A model generated the notes under the pieces. That model saw only the letters and a program-made list of their open reading frames with translations. It made no database searches and was not told where the DNA came from. The position numbers and the translations under genes are program-made. Positions 30,069-39,121 of a DNA stretch of 64,000 nucleotides are shown piece by piece. Location of the stretch: NCBI GenBank assembly GCA_002490665.1, contig DKUL01000059.1:53704-117703 (forward strand), written 5' to 3'. The stretch comes from Lachnospiraceae bacterium UBA7205. GTDB taxonomy: Bacteria; Bacillota; Clostridia; Lachnospirales; Lachnospiraceae. The stretch's first letter is position 1. Every line of letters begins with the position of its first letter.

Positions 30069-31232
30069 ATGCGGGAAGAGGAAAGGGGCAAGAGGAAATT
30101 GGTTTATTTTAACGTACCTCTCGTAGTGGGCGGGGAAATGGATTTTATTGAGGATGCAATCAGGACAAGAAAGATTTGTGGTGATGGCAGGTACACGCAT
30201 ATGTGCAATGACTGGATTCAAAAAAAGACGAAATCGGAGGGGGTTCTTCTTACGACGTCCTGCACGCATGCAACGGAGCTGGCGGCAATTTTGTGCGACA
30301 TCAAGGCGGGCGACGAGGTTATTATGCCGTCTTATACGTTTGTTTCGACGGCGGATGCCTTTGTTTTGCGTGGAGCAAGGGCAGTGTTTGTGGACATTCG
30401 TCCGGACACAATGAATATTGATGAAAATCTGATTGAGCCGGCAATTACGGGTCGGACAAAGGCGATTGTCCCGGTTCATTATGCAGGCGTGTCATGTGAA
30501 ATGGATCGGATTATGGCAATAGCAGCGAAATACCATCTTTATGTCATCGAGGACGCGGCGCAGGGAATGATGGCATCCTATAAGGGACGGCAGCTTGGAA
30601 CGATTGGTGACATTGGATGCTACAGCTTTCACGAGACAAAAAATTTTAGCATGGGGGAGGGCGGAGCGATACTGCTTAAAAATGGAGCAATGCTCGAGCA
30701 GGCAGAAATCATCAGGGAAAAGGGAACAAACCGGAGCAAGTTTTTCCGTGGGCAGATTGACAAGTATACCTGGGTGGCAGCAGGCTCTTCTTATTTGCCA
30801 AGTGAACTGAATGCGGCATATTTGTGGGCACAGCTTCAAAAGGCGGACGAGATCTGTGACAACCGGATGGCTTCATGGCGCAGGTACCAGGATGAACTGG
30901 GTGCACTGGAACAGGCAGGCTATATTGACCTTCCGTATGTTCCGGAAGCGTGCATGCATAATGCACATATGTTTTACATAAAGGCAAAGGACTTGGAAGA
31001 ACGGACAAGGCTGATTGCATATTTGAAAGAAAAAGGGATTATGGCAGTATTTCACTATATTCCGCTGCATACGGCGCCAGCGGGACAAAAGTATGGGGAA
31101 TTCAGGGGAGAGGACAGGTATACTACGGCGGAGAGCGAGCGCCTGGTGAGGCTGCCGTTATATTATGGGCTGAGTGAACAGGATCAGACAATGGTCATAG
31201 AGGCAGTCCGGAAGTTTTACACGTCATTATAA
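30069..31232 (+). CDS. wecE: dTDP-4-amino-4,6-dideoxygalactose transaminase
   Basis: TTSCTHA, PSYTFVSTA, VPVHYAG, EDAAQG, SFHETKN (PLP lysine), GSSYLPSE, AVFHYIPLH, characteristic of WecE/RffA. True start may be TTG at about 30099. Confidence 0.9.
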   Translation: MREEERGKRKLVYFNVPLVVGGEMDFIEDAIRTRKICGDGRYTHMCNDWIQKKTKSEGVLLTTSCTHATELAAILCDIKAGDEVIMPSYTFVSTADAFVLRGARAVFVDIRPDTMNIDENLIEPAITGRTKAIVPVHYAGVSCEMDRIMAIAAKYHLYVIEDAAQGMMASYKGRQLGTIGDIGCYSFHETKNFSMGEGGAILLKNGAMLEQAEIIREKGTNRSKFFRGQIDKYTWVAAGSSYLPSELNAAYLWAQLQKADEICDNRMASWRRYQDELGALEQAGYIDLPYVPEACMHNAHMFYIKAKDLEERTRLIAYLKEKGIMAVFHYIPLHTAPAGQKYGEFRGEDRYTTAESERLVRLPLYYGLSEQDQTMVIEAVRKFYTSL

Positions 31233-31261
31233 TCAGCAGCGCGAAGGAACGGAGGATTTGG

Positions 31262-31675
31262 ATGGACAATAAAATTGATGACATGTACATAGGGCAGGAA
31301 TACAGCAAGACATTTTGTGTGACGGAAGAAAAAGGACACATGTTTGCGGAGGTATCACAAGATTACAATTTACTGCATCTGGATGAGGAGTACGCCCGCG
31401 ACACGATGTTTCATGGAAGAATCGCACATGGAATGCTTGTTGCAAGCTTTATTTCCGGTGTCCTGGGAAATGACTTTCCAGGAGTGGGAACCATATATAT
31501 GGGACAGGAACTGCAATTTATCCGTCCGGTTCGCTATGGGGACGAGATTCTGGTCACAGTCAGGGTAATTGAGATGGATAATGAGACGGGGAAAATGAAA
31601 TTGTATACGGAATGCAGAAACCAGACGGGCAAGAATGTCATTGAAGGCTATGCGTACATTATGAAGAAAGGATAA
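31262..31675 (+). CDS. MaoC-family (R)-specific enoyl-CoA hydratase/dehydratase
   Basis: FAEVSQDYNLLHLDEEYA...IAHGML...PGVGTIY...FIRPVRYGD hot-dog motif. Confidence 0.88.
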   Translation: MDNKIDDMYIGQEYSKTFCVTEEKGHMFAEVSQDYNLLHLDEEYARDTMFHGRIAHGMLVASFISGVLGNDFPGVGTIYMGQELQFIRPVRYGDEILVTVRVIEMDNETGKMKLYTECRNQTGKNVIEGYAYIMKKG

Positions 31676-31686
31676 GGAACAGGAAC

Positions 31687-32601
31687 ATGCAAAAGATATC
31701 GTTTGTGGATAATAATCTGCTTTTGGGAGACTGTCATGTAAAAAGGGACTACGGACAGCTACGGCAGCAAATTATAGGCGGCAGCCATGGTGTGACAGAG
31801 CAACTGACAAATAACGGAGAGGTGTTCGGCTACCATGTAACAAAAAATGAAAATGTGTCCAATATTTACGGCATGGACTGTTATGTCGTGAAATTTATTT
31901 TTTCAGGTGTCTCGCAGCTGCATGACAATTGCCAGGAAGACATCCTGTGTCAGCTGGTCGACAAGGTAAAAGCATATGTCGATGCCCACAAAGGGTATTA
32001 TAACCTGCGGATCCCGACACACATTGTCGACCTGATTAAGGCGGTCAATGCAAAGTTTTCCAATACGATTTTTTGCGGCGGCACCGTTGAGGAAATTGTG
32101 CACGGAAAATATGTGGATGACCACAACGCAAATCACCTTGTCATTGAATTTGCAGACGAGGATGACATTGAGCGGTATCAGGATGATTTGATGGCGATGA
32201 CGCTCGAGTCATTCAGGACATATCAGGGGCAGTACCATATATCAAGTGTCACGCAGAATAAGGCAGGCGTCATTTATGAAAACTGGATTAAGGGAACAAT
32301 GGAGTCACTGAATAATGAAGGGGTTGTCATCGCAAAGAAAAATGACATCCCTGTCGGTTTTGTGACAGTGAAGGAAGCGGACAACGCCGTTGAGGGTGTC
32401 CTGTCTGCCGTTGACCCGGCAAACAGAAAACTGGGGGCTTATAAGGCGATGATTGCATATTTAATAAATGACGCGAACCGAAAGGAAAAAAGCTTTGTCA
32501 CCAGTACGCAGTTCGACAATTTTATCGTGCAGGGTGTGTGGAATTCACTGGGGTTAAGACCATTTTATTCCATATACAATATCCATATTGACAACAGATA
32601 G
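31687..32601 (+). CDS. WecD-like GNAT acyltransferase
   Basis: C-terminal GNAT (PVGFVT...AVDPANRKLG...TSTQFDN...WNSLG) and FRTYQGQYH...YENWI segment; next to wecE. Confidence 0.65.
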   Translation: MQKISFVDNNLLLGDCHVKRDYGQLRQQIIGGSHGVTEQLTNNGEVFGYHVTKNENVSNIYGMDCYVVKFIFSGVSQLHDNCQEDILCQLVDKVKAYVDAHKGYYNLRIPTHIVDLIKAVNAKFSNTIFCGGTVEEIVHGKYVDDHNANHLVIEFADEDDIERYQDDLMAMTLESFRTYQGQYHISSVTQNKAGVIYENWIKGTMESLNNEGVVIAKKNDIPVGFVTVKEADNAVEGVLSAVDPANRKLGAYKAMIAYLINDANRKEKSFVTSTQFDNFIVQGVWNSLGLRPFYSIYNIHIDNR

Positions 32602-32630
32602 TTTTTCAGGTAGATGAGGAGAGTACGGTT

Positions 32631-33563
32631 ATGAAAATTTCCTTTGTGATTCCCTGTTACCGTTCGGAGCATACGCTGGAAACAGTAGTAAATGAGATAA
32701 GGGACAAGATGCTGCTTATGCATAAGGAGACGTATGAAATCATTCTGGTCAATGACTGTTCGCCGGATAATACATTTGCTGTTATACGGAAATTATGTGC
32801 CGGGGACAAAAGGATTATCGGACTTGACCATGCTAAGAATTTCGGACAACATGCGGCGCTGATGGCGGGGTTTCATTTTGTGTCGGGGGATGTTATTGTC
32901 TGCATGGATGATGATGGGCAGACTCCGGCGGATGAGGTGGACAGGCTGCTGGACAGGATAGAGGAAGGCTATGATGTGGTTTATGCCGAATATGAGGACA
33001 AACGGCACTCTGTGTTTCGCAATATTGGCAGCAGCGTCAATCGGAAAATGACTGAGGTAATGCTGGGAAAGCCCAGGGAGTTATATATATCCAGCTACTT
33101 TGCCGCAAAGCGGTTTGTGGTGGATGAGATGATAAAATACCAGAATGCATATCCGTATGTGCTGGGACTGGTTCTGCGGACAACAAAAAATATCTGTAAC
33201 GTGAAAGTGACCCACAGGGACAGGCTCGAGGGAATATCCGGTTATTCCCTGAAGAGACTTACTGCCTTGTGGGTTAACGGATTTACCTCTTTTTCCGTAA
33301 TGCCTCTTCGGATTGCATCATATGGAGGCGTGTTCGTGGCTGTGATGGGGTTTCTGTATGCGGTATATACGATTATAAGCAAGGTGTCGAACCCGGACAG
33401 GGTGATTGGATGGAGTTCGACAATTTCTATCATATTGATTCTGGGTGGTTTTACATTACTGGTACTTGGGATGATCGGGGAATATGTGGGCAGGATTTAT
33501 ATCAGCCTTAACAATTCACCGCAATATGTAATCCGCACGGTTATCAATTATGAGGAACATTGA
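32631..33563 (+). CDS. GT2 undecaprenyl-phosphate glycosyltransferase (ArnC/GtrB-like)
   Basis: VIPCY, VNDCSPD, NFGQHAALMAG, MDDDGQ, SFSVMPLR, GMIGEYVGRIY; two C-terminal TMs. Confidence 0.88.
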   Translation: MKISFVIPCYRSEHTLETVVNEIRDKMLLMHKETYEIILVNDCSPDNTFAVIRKLCAGDKRIIGLDHAKNFGQHAALMAGFHFVSGDVIVCMDDDGQTPADEVDRLLDRIEEGYDVVYAEYEDKRHSVFRNIGSSVNRKMTEVMLGKPRELYISSYFAAKRFVVDEMIKYQNAYPYVLGLVLRTTKNICNVKVTHRDRLEGISGYSLKRLTALWVNGFTSFSVMPLRIASYGGVFVAVMGFLYAVYTIISKVSNPDRVIGWSSTISIILILGGFTLLVLGMIGEYVGRIYISLNNSPQYVIRTVINYEEH

Positions 33564-33593
33564 ATAAAATGCATTTAAGGGCAGGGGTAAACA

Positions 33594-34191
33594 ATGAAGA
33601 AAGAAGTGGTAGGCATAGCAGCATGTGTGGTGACAATATTATTGCTGACTTATGCAATTGTGATTCGGCAGATGGGATATGAGGATTCTGATTTTCGTAT
33701 ACACACTGATGCTGTTATGTATGCAGTATGCAGCCGCTTTTTTGGTGGATTCAGGGGAGGGAGGCAGTGTTGAGTTTGCATGGTTTGCTGTCTGGAAATC
33801 ATGGTCGCCGGATATAAAGGTATCGTTTGTGATTAGCCTGCTGTTTCCGATATATTACTATGTGGTACTTGCCAGCCGGTATAAAACTTTCGGAATGGAC
33901 GATGTGTTTGCAGGCTGCATTTTCCTATGCGGTGTCCTGGAATATGGTATGCTTGCAGAGACGGGAGAACGCAGATACCATGGCAATTTTGCATGGGGAT
34001 TACAGCTTGCGGTATTTCTGGTGTGGTTTGTCAGTGTCAAAAAATTTTGCAGATTCAACAGGGATTACAATGTCGATGGTAAGTGGGAAAGAAGGAAGGT
34101 ACTGGCAGGCTGGATTATCTTGCTGATGCAGGGGTTTTCCGGAATATATTACATTGCCCAGTTGCTGTGCATAGAGGGGAAATGGTATTAG
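33594..34191 (+). pseudogene. Internally deleted, frameshifted GT-C-like membrane gene
   Basis: 59-codon N-terminal piece (TM + SDFRIH, stop at about 33773) in one frame; C-terminal piece (...ETGERRYHGNFAW...) in another frame; junction near 33706. Confidence 0.6.
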
Positions 34192-34203
34192 AATGGAATA
34201 TAT

Positions 34204-35610
34204 TCAGGACTTTTCAAGCGTAAAGATAAACTCCGTGCCAACCCCCTCCGTGCTGACGACATTGATATTTTCATTGTGGGACTGGATGATTTCCTTTGTG
34301 ATGGAAAGCCCTAATCCGGTTCCCTTTTTGTCTTTCCCGCGCGAGAGGTCGGTCTTGTAGAAACGGTCCCAGATAAGGCGGATGCTGTCCTTGGGAATGC
34401 CGATGCCGTTGTCCTTTACAGAGACCATCAGCTTGTTGGATTTTTCCACCGTCTCAATTTTAATCGCGGAGTTGCGGTGGCTGAACTTGATGGCGTTATC
34501 CACGAGATTGTAGAGTACCTGCTGGATTTTGACCATGTCCGCGTTGACGTACATCTCGTCCCCGGTGAGGACAAGCTCAATGGAAATCAGCCGCTGGCGG
34601 CACGTTCCCTCAAAGGACATTGCCGTGTTTTTGATGACCTGGTTGATGTCAAAATTGCTCCTGTCGAGAATCATGCCCTTGGTCGTCAGGTTGTTGAGCG
34701 TGAGCAGGGAGTTGGTCAGTTTCGTCAGGCGGTCTGTCTCGTTTAACACCACGCCGATATATTTTTCGTGCATCTCGGGAGGAATCGTGCCGTCAAGCAT
34801 TGCCTCGAGATAGCCGCGCATGGAAGTGAGCGGGGAGCGGAAATCGTGGGAGATGTTTGCGACAAGGCGTTTCTGGTTGTCCTCACTTTTTGCGACCTCG
34901 CTTGCCATATAGGCGAGGGATGCCGCCAGGTAACCGATTTCATCCTCGCTGTCCACCTGGAATTCATACCGGAAATTGCCGATGGCGTACTGTTCGGTTG
35001 CGTGTGTGATCTTGCGCAGCGGCAGATAGACCATCTCCGTGAAAAAGAGCAGGATGATAAGCGACAGCAGAAAAAGGATGACCAGCGTGATGTACGAAAT
35101 ATTCAAAAGGGAGTTGCACGAGTACTGCAGGTCGTCGATGGAGCCGTGGATGACGACATAGCCCTTTACCTTGTACTGGGAGGAAATCGGGGCGAATGCC
35201 GATATCATTTCCGTGTCAAACATGCCGAAAAAGTTTCCGACGGTGTAAAAGGAATTTCCGGTGATGGTGGGGCTGAAGTTCGGGATGGTGACAGGATTTT
35301 CGATGTCAGGCGGCGAGCTGGAATCCAGCACAATAAGCCCCGACGGATTGACAATCCATATCGAGGCATCAAGAAAGGTTCCGATGGCTTCAATCTGACG
35401 CCACACGGATTCCAGCGTAATTTCGCTGTTGTAGAGGTCGGCGGCGTAGGAGTCGGCTATCAGAAGCGCTTCCTTGTACAGGGAATCGGCGCGCTCGCGC
35501 TTCATGTGTTCCAGTGTCATGCTAGAGGTAAACGTCGCGACCACGATAAAGCCAAAAAAAGCAAAAATAAAGTATGCCAGCACAAATTTCAGATACAGTG
35601 TCTTTTTCAT
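34204..35610 (-). CDS. Sensor histidine kinase with HAMP domain
   Basis: ISHDFRSPL, LVDNAIKF, IWDRFYK, GTGLGLSI. Confidence 0.93.
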   Translation of the reverse strand: MKKTLYLKFVLAYFIFAFFGFIVVATFTSSMTLEHMKRERADSLYKEALLIADSYAADLYNSEITLESVWRQIEAIGTFLDASIWIVNPSGLIVLDSSSPPDIENPVTIPNFSPTITGNSFYTVGNFFGMFDTEMISAFAPISSQYKVKGYVVIHGSIDDLQYSCNSLLNISYITLVILFLLSLIILLFFTEMVYLPLRKITHATEQYAIGNFRYEFQVDSEDEIGYLAASLAYMASEVAKSEDNQKRLVANISHDFRSPLTSMRGYLEAMLDGTIPPEMHEKYIGVVLNETDRLTKLTNSLLTLNNLTTKGMILDRSNFDINQVIKNTAMSFEGTCRQRLISIELVLTGDEMYVNADMVKIQQVLYNLVDNAIKFSHRNSAIKIETVEKSNKLMVSVKDNGIGIPKDSIRLIWDRFYKTDLSRGKDKKGTGLGLSITKEIIQSHNENINVVSTEGVGTEFIFTLEKS

Positions 35611-36308
35611 GATTTGACCTCGAACTTGTAGCCCACGCCCCAGATGGTCGAGATGCGCCAGGACTCATGGTCCTTGATTTTTTCGCGCAGCCGCTTGATG
35701 TGGACATCAACGGTGCGCGTGTCCCCGACATATTCATAGCCCCAAATCTGGTCAAGCAGCTGCTCCCTTGTGTACACATGGTTTGGGGATGCGGCGAGGA
35801 AGTACAGCAGTTCAAGCTCCTTGGGGGGCATTTCAATTGTTTTCCCGTTATAGATGACCGAATAATTTGTCAGGTTAATTGTCAGGTTTGGATAAGTGAC
35901 CTGTTTGGCGTCCGAGGCAGGCTCTGCGGGGGCAGCAGCCTTATAGCGGCGCAGGACTGCCTTGACGCGCGCCACAAGCTCTTTGGTGTCAAATGGTTTC
36001 TCAAGGTAATCGTCAGCCCCGAGCTCGAGGCCGAGCACCTTGTCAAAGACTTCCCCCTTTGCAGAGAGCATGATAATCGGTGTCTGCGATTTCTGGCGGA
36101 CTTCCCGGCACACCTGATAGCCGTCGATGCCCGGGAGCATCAGATCCAGCAGGATTAAATCCGGGGCAAAGCTGTTTGCTTCCAGCAGGGCGGATTCCCC
36201 GTCATACACGATTTTCGTCTCAAAACACTCCTTTGTCATGTAGAGGGAAATCAGCTCCGCAATATTTTCGTCGTCGTCCACAATTAATATTTTCTGTTTG
36301 TTTGCCAT
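35607..36308 (-). CDS. OmpR-family response regulator
   Basis: ILIVDDD, LLDLMLP, DYLEKPF, RTVDVHIKRLREK. Confidence 0.94.
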   Translation of the reverse strand: MANKQKILIVDDDENIAELISLYMTKECFETKIVYDGESALLEANSFAPDLILLDLMLPGIDGYQVCREVRQKSQTPIIMLSAKGEVFDKVLGLELGADDYLEKPFDTKELVARVKAVLRRYKAAAPAEPASDAKQVTYPNLTINLTNYSVIYNGKTIEMPPKELELLYFLAASPNHVYTREQLLDQIWGYEYVGDTRTVDVHIKRLREKIKDHESWRISTIWGVGYKFEVKS

Positions 36309-36322
36309 TATGGGTATCCTTT

Positions 36323-38725
36323 CTATTTGAATTCCGCAATTGTCACGCCGGCATCGCCCTCGCCAAATTCCCCGAGGTGGTAGGACTTCACGTAGGAAAT
36401 GCGTTTCAGGTACTGCTGTACAGCCTGTCTGAGTGCGCCAGTTCCCTTGCCGTGCACGATGCGGACACTCGGCGCGTGTGACAGATAGGCGTCGTCAAGG
36501 TATTTGTCAAGCTCCGCGAGCGCCTCGTCCACGGTTTTGCCAAGCAGGTTAATCTCCGTGGAAATCGTTGCCGTCTTGGACATGCCGATTCGTCCGCTTC
36601 CAGAGCTTTTGGAGCCGCCGCCGAATCCTTTTTTATAGCCGGAAACACCGGGCATGGCATCCTCGTTTATCAGCACAAGATCCTTGATATTGACCTTTGA
36701 ACGGATAATGCCGCACTGGACGAAAAGGTCGCCCTTGGCATCCGGTTTTGAGGAGACGGTGCCCTTGAGTCCCATGGAAACGACCCTGACCATATCGCCG
36801 GGTTTAATCTGGTTTGGTTTGAGTACCTTGTGCGTGGGCTTTTCGGCAGGGGCTGCCAGCTTTGTATTTTTTTCGGAAATTTTGTCGCGCACCTTTGTGC
36901 GTGCTTTTTCCAAATCCTTGATGGAGGCGTTGTTGAGATTGACCTTCTGGAAATCGCGGATGGTCTCGTCAGCGACGTCCTTTGCCTCCTGCAATATTTT
37001 GCGCGCTTCCTCGTTTGCCTCGCGCAGTATCTTGTCTTTCTGTGCCTCGAGCCGTTCCTGTTTCTGCTCGAGCTTTTTCTTTAACGATTCGACTTCCGCC
37101 TTGTAACGCTGGATTTCGTTCTGTTCGTTTTCGATGGTGCGTCGGCTTGTCTCAAGGTCGGACAATAAATCCTCGAAGCTTTCGTCCTCCTCGCTGATAT
37201 GTTCCTTTGCGGATGCGATAATTTCGTCAGGCAGTCCAAGCTTTGATGAAATGGCAAAAGCGTTGCTCTTGCCGGGAATGCCAATCAGCAGGCGGTAGGT
37301 CGGACGCAGCGTTTCCACATCAAATTCACAGCAGGCGTTTTCCACATACGATGTCGTGAGTGCAAAAACCTTGAGCTCGCTGTAATGTGTGGTAGCCATA
37401 GTGCGGATACCCTTGTCATGCAGATGCTTGAGGATGGCGATGGCAAGCGCGGCGCCCTCCGTGGGGTCTGTTCCGGCGCCCAGCTCATCAAAAAGGCAGA
37501 GTGCGTTTTCGTCGGCATGTTTTAAAATGGAGATGGTGTTTGTCATATGGGCAGAGAACGTGGAGAGATTCTGCTCAATGCTCTGCTCATCCCCGATATC
37601 AGCATAAACCTCCGTAAAGACACCAAGCTCCGATCGGTCAAGTGCAGGAATGTGAAGCCCCGACTGACCCATCAGGGTGAACAGTCCCACCGTTTTGAGG
37701 GAGACTGTCTTACCGCCGGTGTTTGGACCTGTCACAACCAGAAGGTCAAAGTCCTTTCCCAGACAGATGTCGATGGGAACTACATTTTTTTTGTCCAGCA
37801 GCGGATGGCGTCCTTTCCGGATATTGATGGAATGTTCCATGTTAAAAAGCGGCCGTGACGCATTCATGTCAACGGCAAGTCCTGCCCTCGCAAAGATGAA
37901 GTCCAGCTTTGTCAGCAGGCGCAGATTGTTTTCGAGCTCCTCTGTGTGTTCTCCGGCGCTTGCGCTCAGGGTGGCAAGAATCCGTTCAATTTCTTCCTGT
38001 TCCTGCATTGCCAGCTCCTTGAGCTGGTTGTTGAGGTTGACAATCACTGCCGGCTCGATAAAAAGAGTGGAACCAGTGGAAGACTGGTCGTGAATCATGC
38101 CGGGCACATTCCCCTTGTGCTCGGATTTGACGGGAATGCAGTAACGGTTGTTGCGCATGGTAATGACGGCATCCTGCAGGTAAGTGCGGTAGCTGCCGTT
38201 GACCATGCCGGTAAGCTGGTTGTGTATTTTTTCATTTGTGAGGCCGATGCTGCGCCGGATGTGCTTTAACGTGGAGCTGGCATCGTCGGCGATTTCCTCC
38301 TCGGAAATAATACAGCGGGTAATTTCGTTTTGCAACGGAGTCAGCGGCTCAAGATTTTCGAAATAAGCCTGAAGGCTGTCCGTGATCTCCTCGCCGCGCT
38401 CCGAGCGGGCAAATGCTTTTGCCCTTGCGGCACAGGAGAGCGAGGCGGCAATTTTGAGCAGCTCGCTGGCGGAAAGTGCGCTTCCGATTTCCAGCGACTT
38501 GATGCTGAAGCTGATGTCCTTGTTTCCGCTAAAGTGGATGCGCCCGCCTTTTACAAGCCTTGTGAATGCATCGGCTGTCTGCTGCTGCGCTTCCTCAATG
38601 TTGCTAATATCTGTCATCGGTGTCAGTTTCTGGCACAGCTCTTTTCCAGGTGCAGAGCTTGCCTTGTCAACTAACATGTCGATTATTTTATGGTATTCAA
38701 GAATTCGTAATACTCTGTCGTTCAT
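36323..38725 (-). CDS. mutS2: Endonuclease MutS2
   Basis: TGPNTGGKT, IGDEQSI, LFDELGAGTDP, TTHY, C-terminal Smr domain (IVHGKGTG...GDAGVT). Confidence 0.96.
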   Translation of the reverse strand: MNDRVLRILEYHKIIDMLVDKASSAPGKELCQKLTPMTDISNIEEAQQQTADAFTRLVKGGRIHFSGNKDISFSIKSLEIGSALSASELLKIAASLSCAARAKAFARSERGEEITDSLQAYFENLEPLTPLQNEITRCIISEEEIADDASSTLKHIRRSIGLTNEKIHNQLTGMVNGSYRTYLQDAVITMRNNRYCIPVKSEHKGNVPGMIHDQSSTGSTLFIEPAVIVNLNNQLKELAMQEQEEIERILATLSASAGEHTEELENNLRLLTKLDFIFARAGLAVDMNASRPLFNMEHSINIRKGRHPLLDKKNVVPIDICLGKDFDLLVVTGPNTGGKTVSLKTVGLFTLMGQSGLHIPALDRSELGVFTEVYADIGDEQSIEQNLSTFSAHMTNTISILKHADENALCLFDELGAGTDPTEGAALAIAILKHLHDKGIRTMATTHYSELKVFALTTSYVENACCEFDVETLRPTYRLLIGIPGKSNAFAISSKLGLPDEIIASAKEHISEEDESFEDLLSDLETSRRTIENEQNEIQRYKAEVESLKKKLEQKQERLEAQKDKILREANEEARKILQEAKDVADETIRDFQKVNLNNASIKDLEKARTKVRDKISEKNTKLAAPAEKPTHKVLKPNQIKPGDMVRVVSMGLKGTVSSKPDAKGDLFVQCGIIRSKVNIKDLVLINEDAMPGVSGYKKGFGGGSKSSGSGRIGMSKTATISTEINLLGKTVDEALAELDKYLDDAYLSHAPSVRIVHGKGTGALRQAVQQYLKRISYVKSYHLGEFGEGDAGVTIAEFK

Positions 38726-38739
38726 TATACTCCTCCATT

Positions 38740-38905
38740 CTAGAGCGTGTTTGAAAAATCATTCCTGACATCTGCACGTCCCACTTTGCGTGATATCTGC
38801 ACCAAATTCAGGTTGCATAGCCCACTATGCGCCCTTCATTTGGCACAAATCTCCCACAAATTGTGACGCACATCTGACAGAAAGCATTTTTCAGACACGC
38901 TCTAG
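38740..38905. mobile_element. 166-bp MITE-like element
   Basis: Terminal IRs CTAGAGCGTGTTTGAAAAA / TTTTTCAGACACGCTCTAG (18/19), CTAG at both ends, internal nested hairpins, no ORF. Confidence 0.75.
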
Positions 38906-38940
38906 CCAAAGCCTGCGAATTTGGGCGTAAGCACAAATTT

Positions 38941-38969
38941 ATTATATCATACTAATCTGTTTTAATCAA
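38941..38969 (-). promoter_or_regulatory. Sigma-70 promoter for the mutS2-RR-HK operon
   Basis: Minus strand TTGATT-N17-TATAAT with an extended -10 TG. Confidence 0.65.
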
Positions 38970-38997
38970 AGAAAAAGAGCGGGTGGCTCAAAAATCA

Positions 38998-39026
38998 TTG
39001 ACCGCCGAAAATCTATCCGCTATACT
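38998..39026 (+). promoter_or_regulatory. Sigma-70 promoter for the HtrA-like/yhaM/rlmD genes
   Basis: TTGACC-N17-TATACT. Confidence 0.6.
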
Positions 39027-39039
39027 TATGGAAGTAGAA

Positions 39040-39072
39040 ATATACTGGCGGTCGGAAAGACTGACCGCCCAG
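39040..39072. repeat. REP-like palindromic element, copy 2
   Basis: 31/33 identity to 16863-16895; GGCGGTC...GACCGCC stem. Confidence 0.6.
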
Positions 39073-39121
39073 GTCGTGAGTATCATTACACCAAGGCTGC
39101 AACAGAAAGGCAAGGACGGTC

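Noticed and set aside
34768-35631. 287-aa plus-strand ORF
   Set aside because: Antisense shadow of a well-supported histidine kinase.
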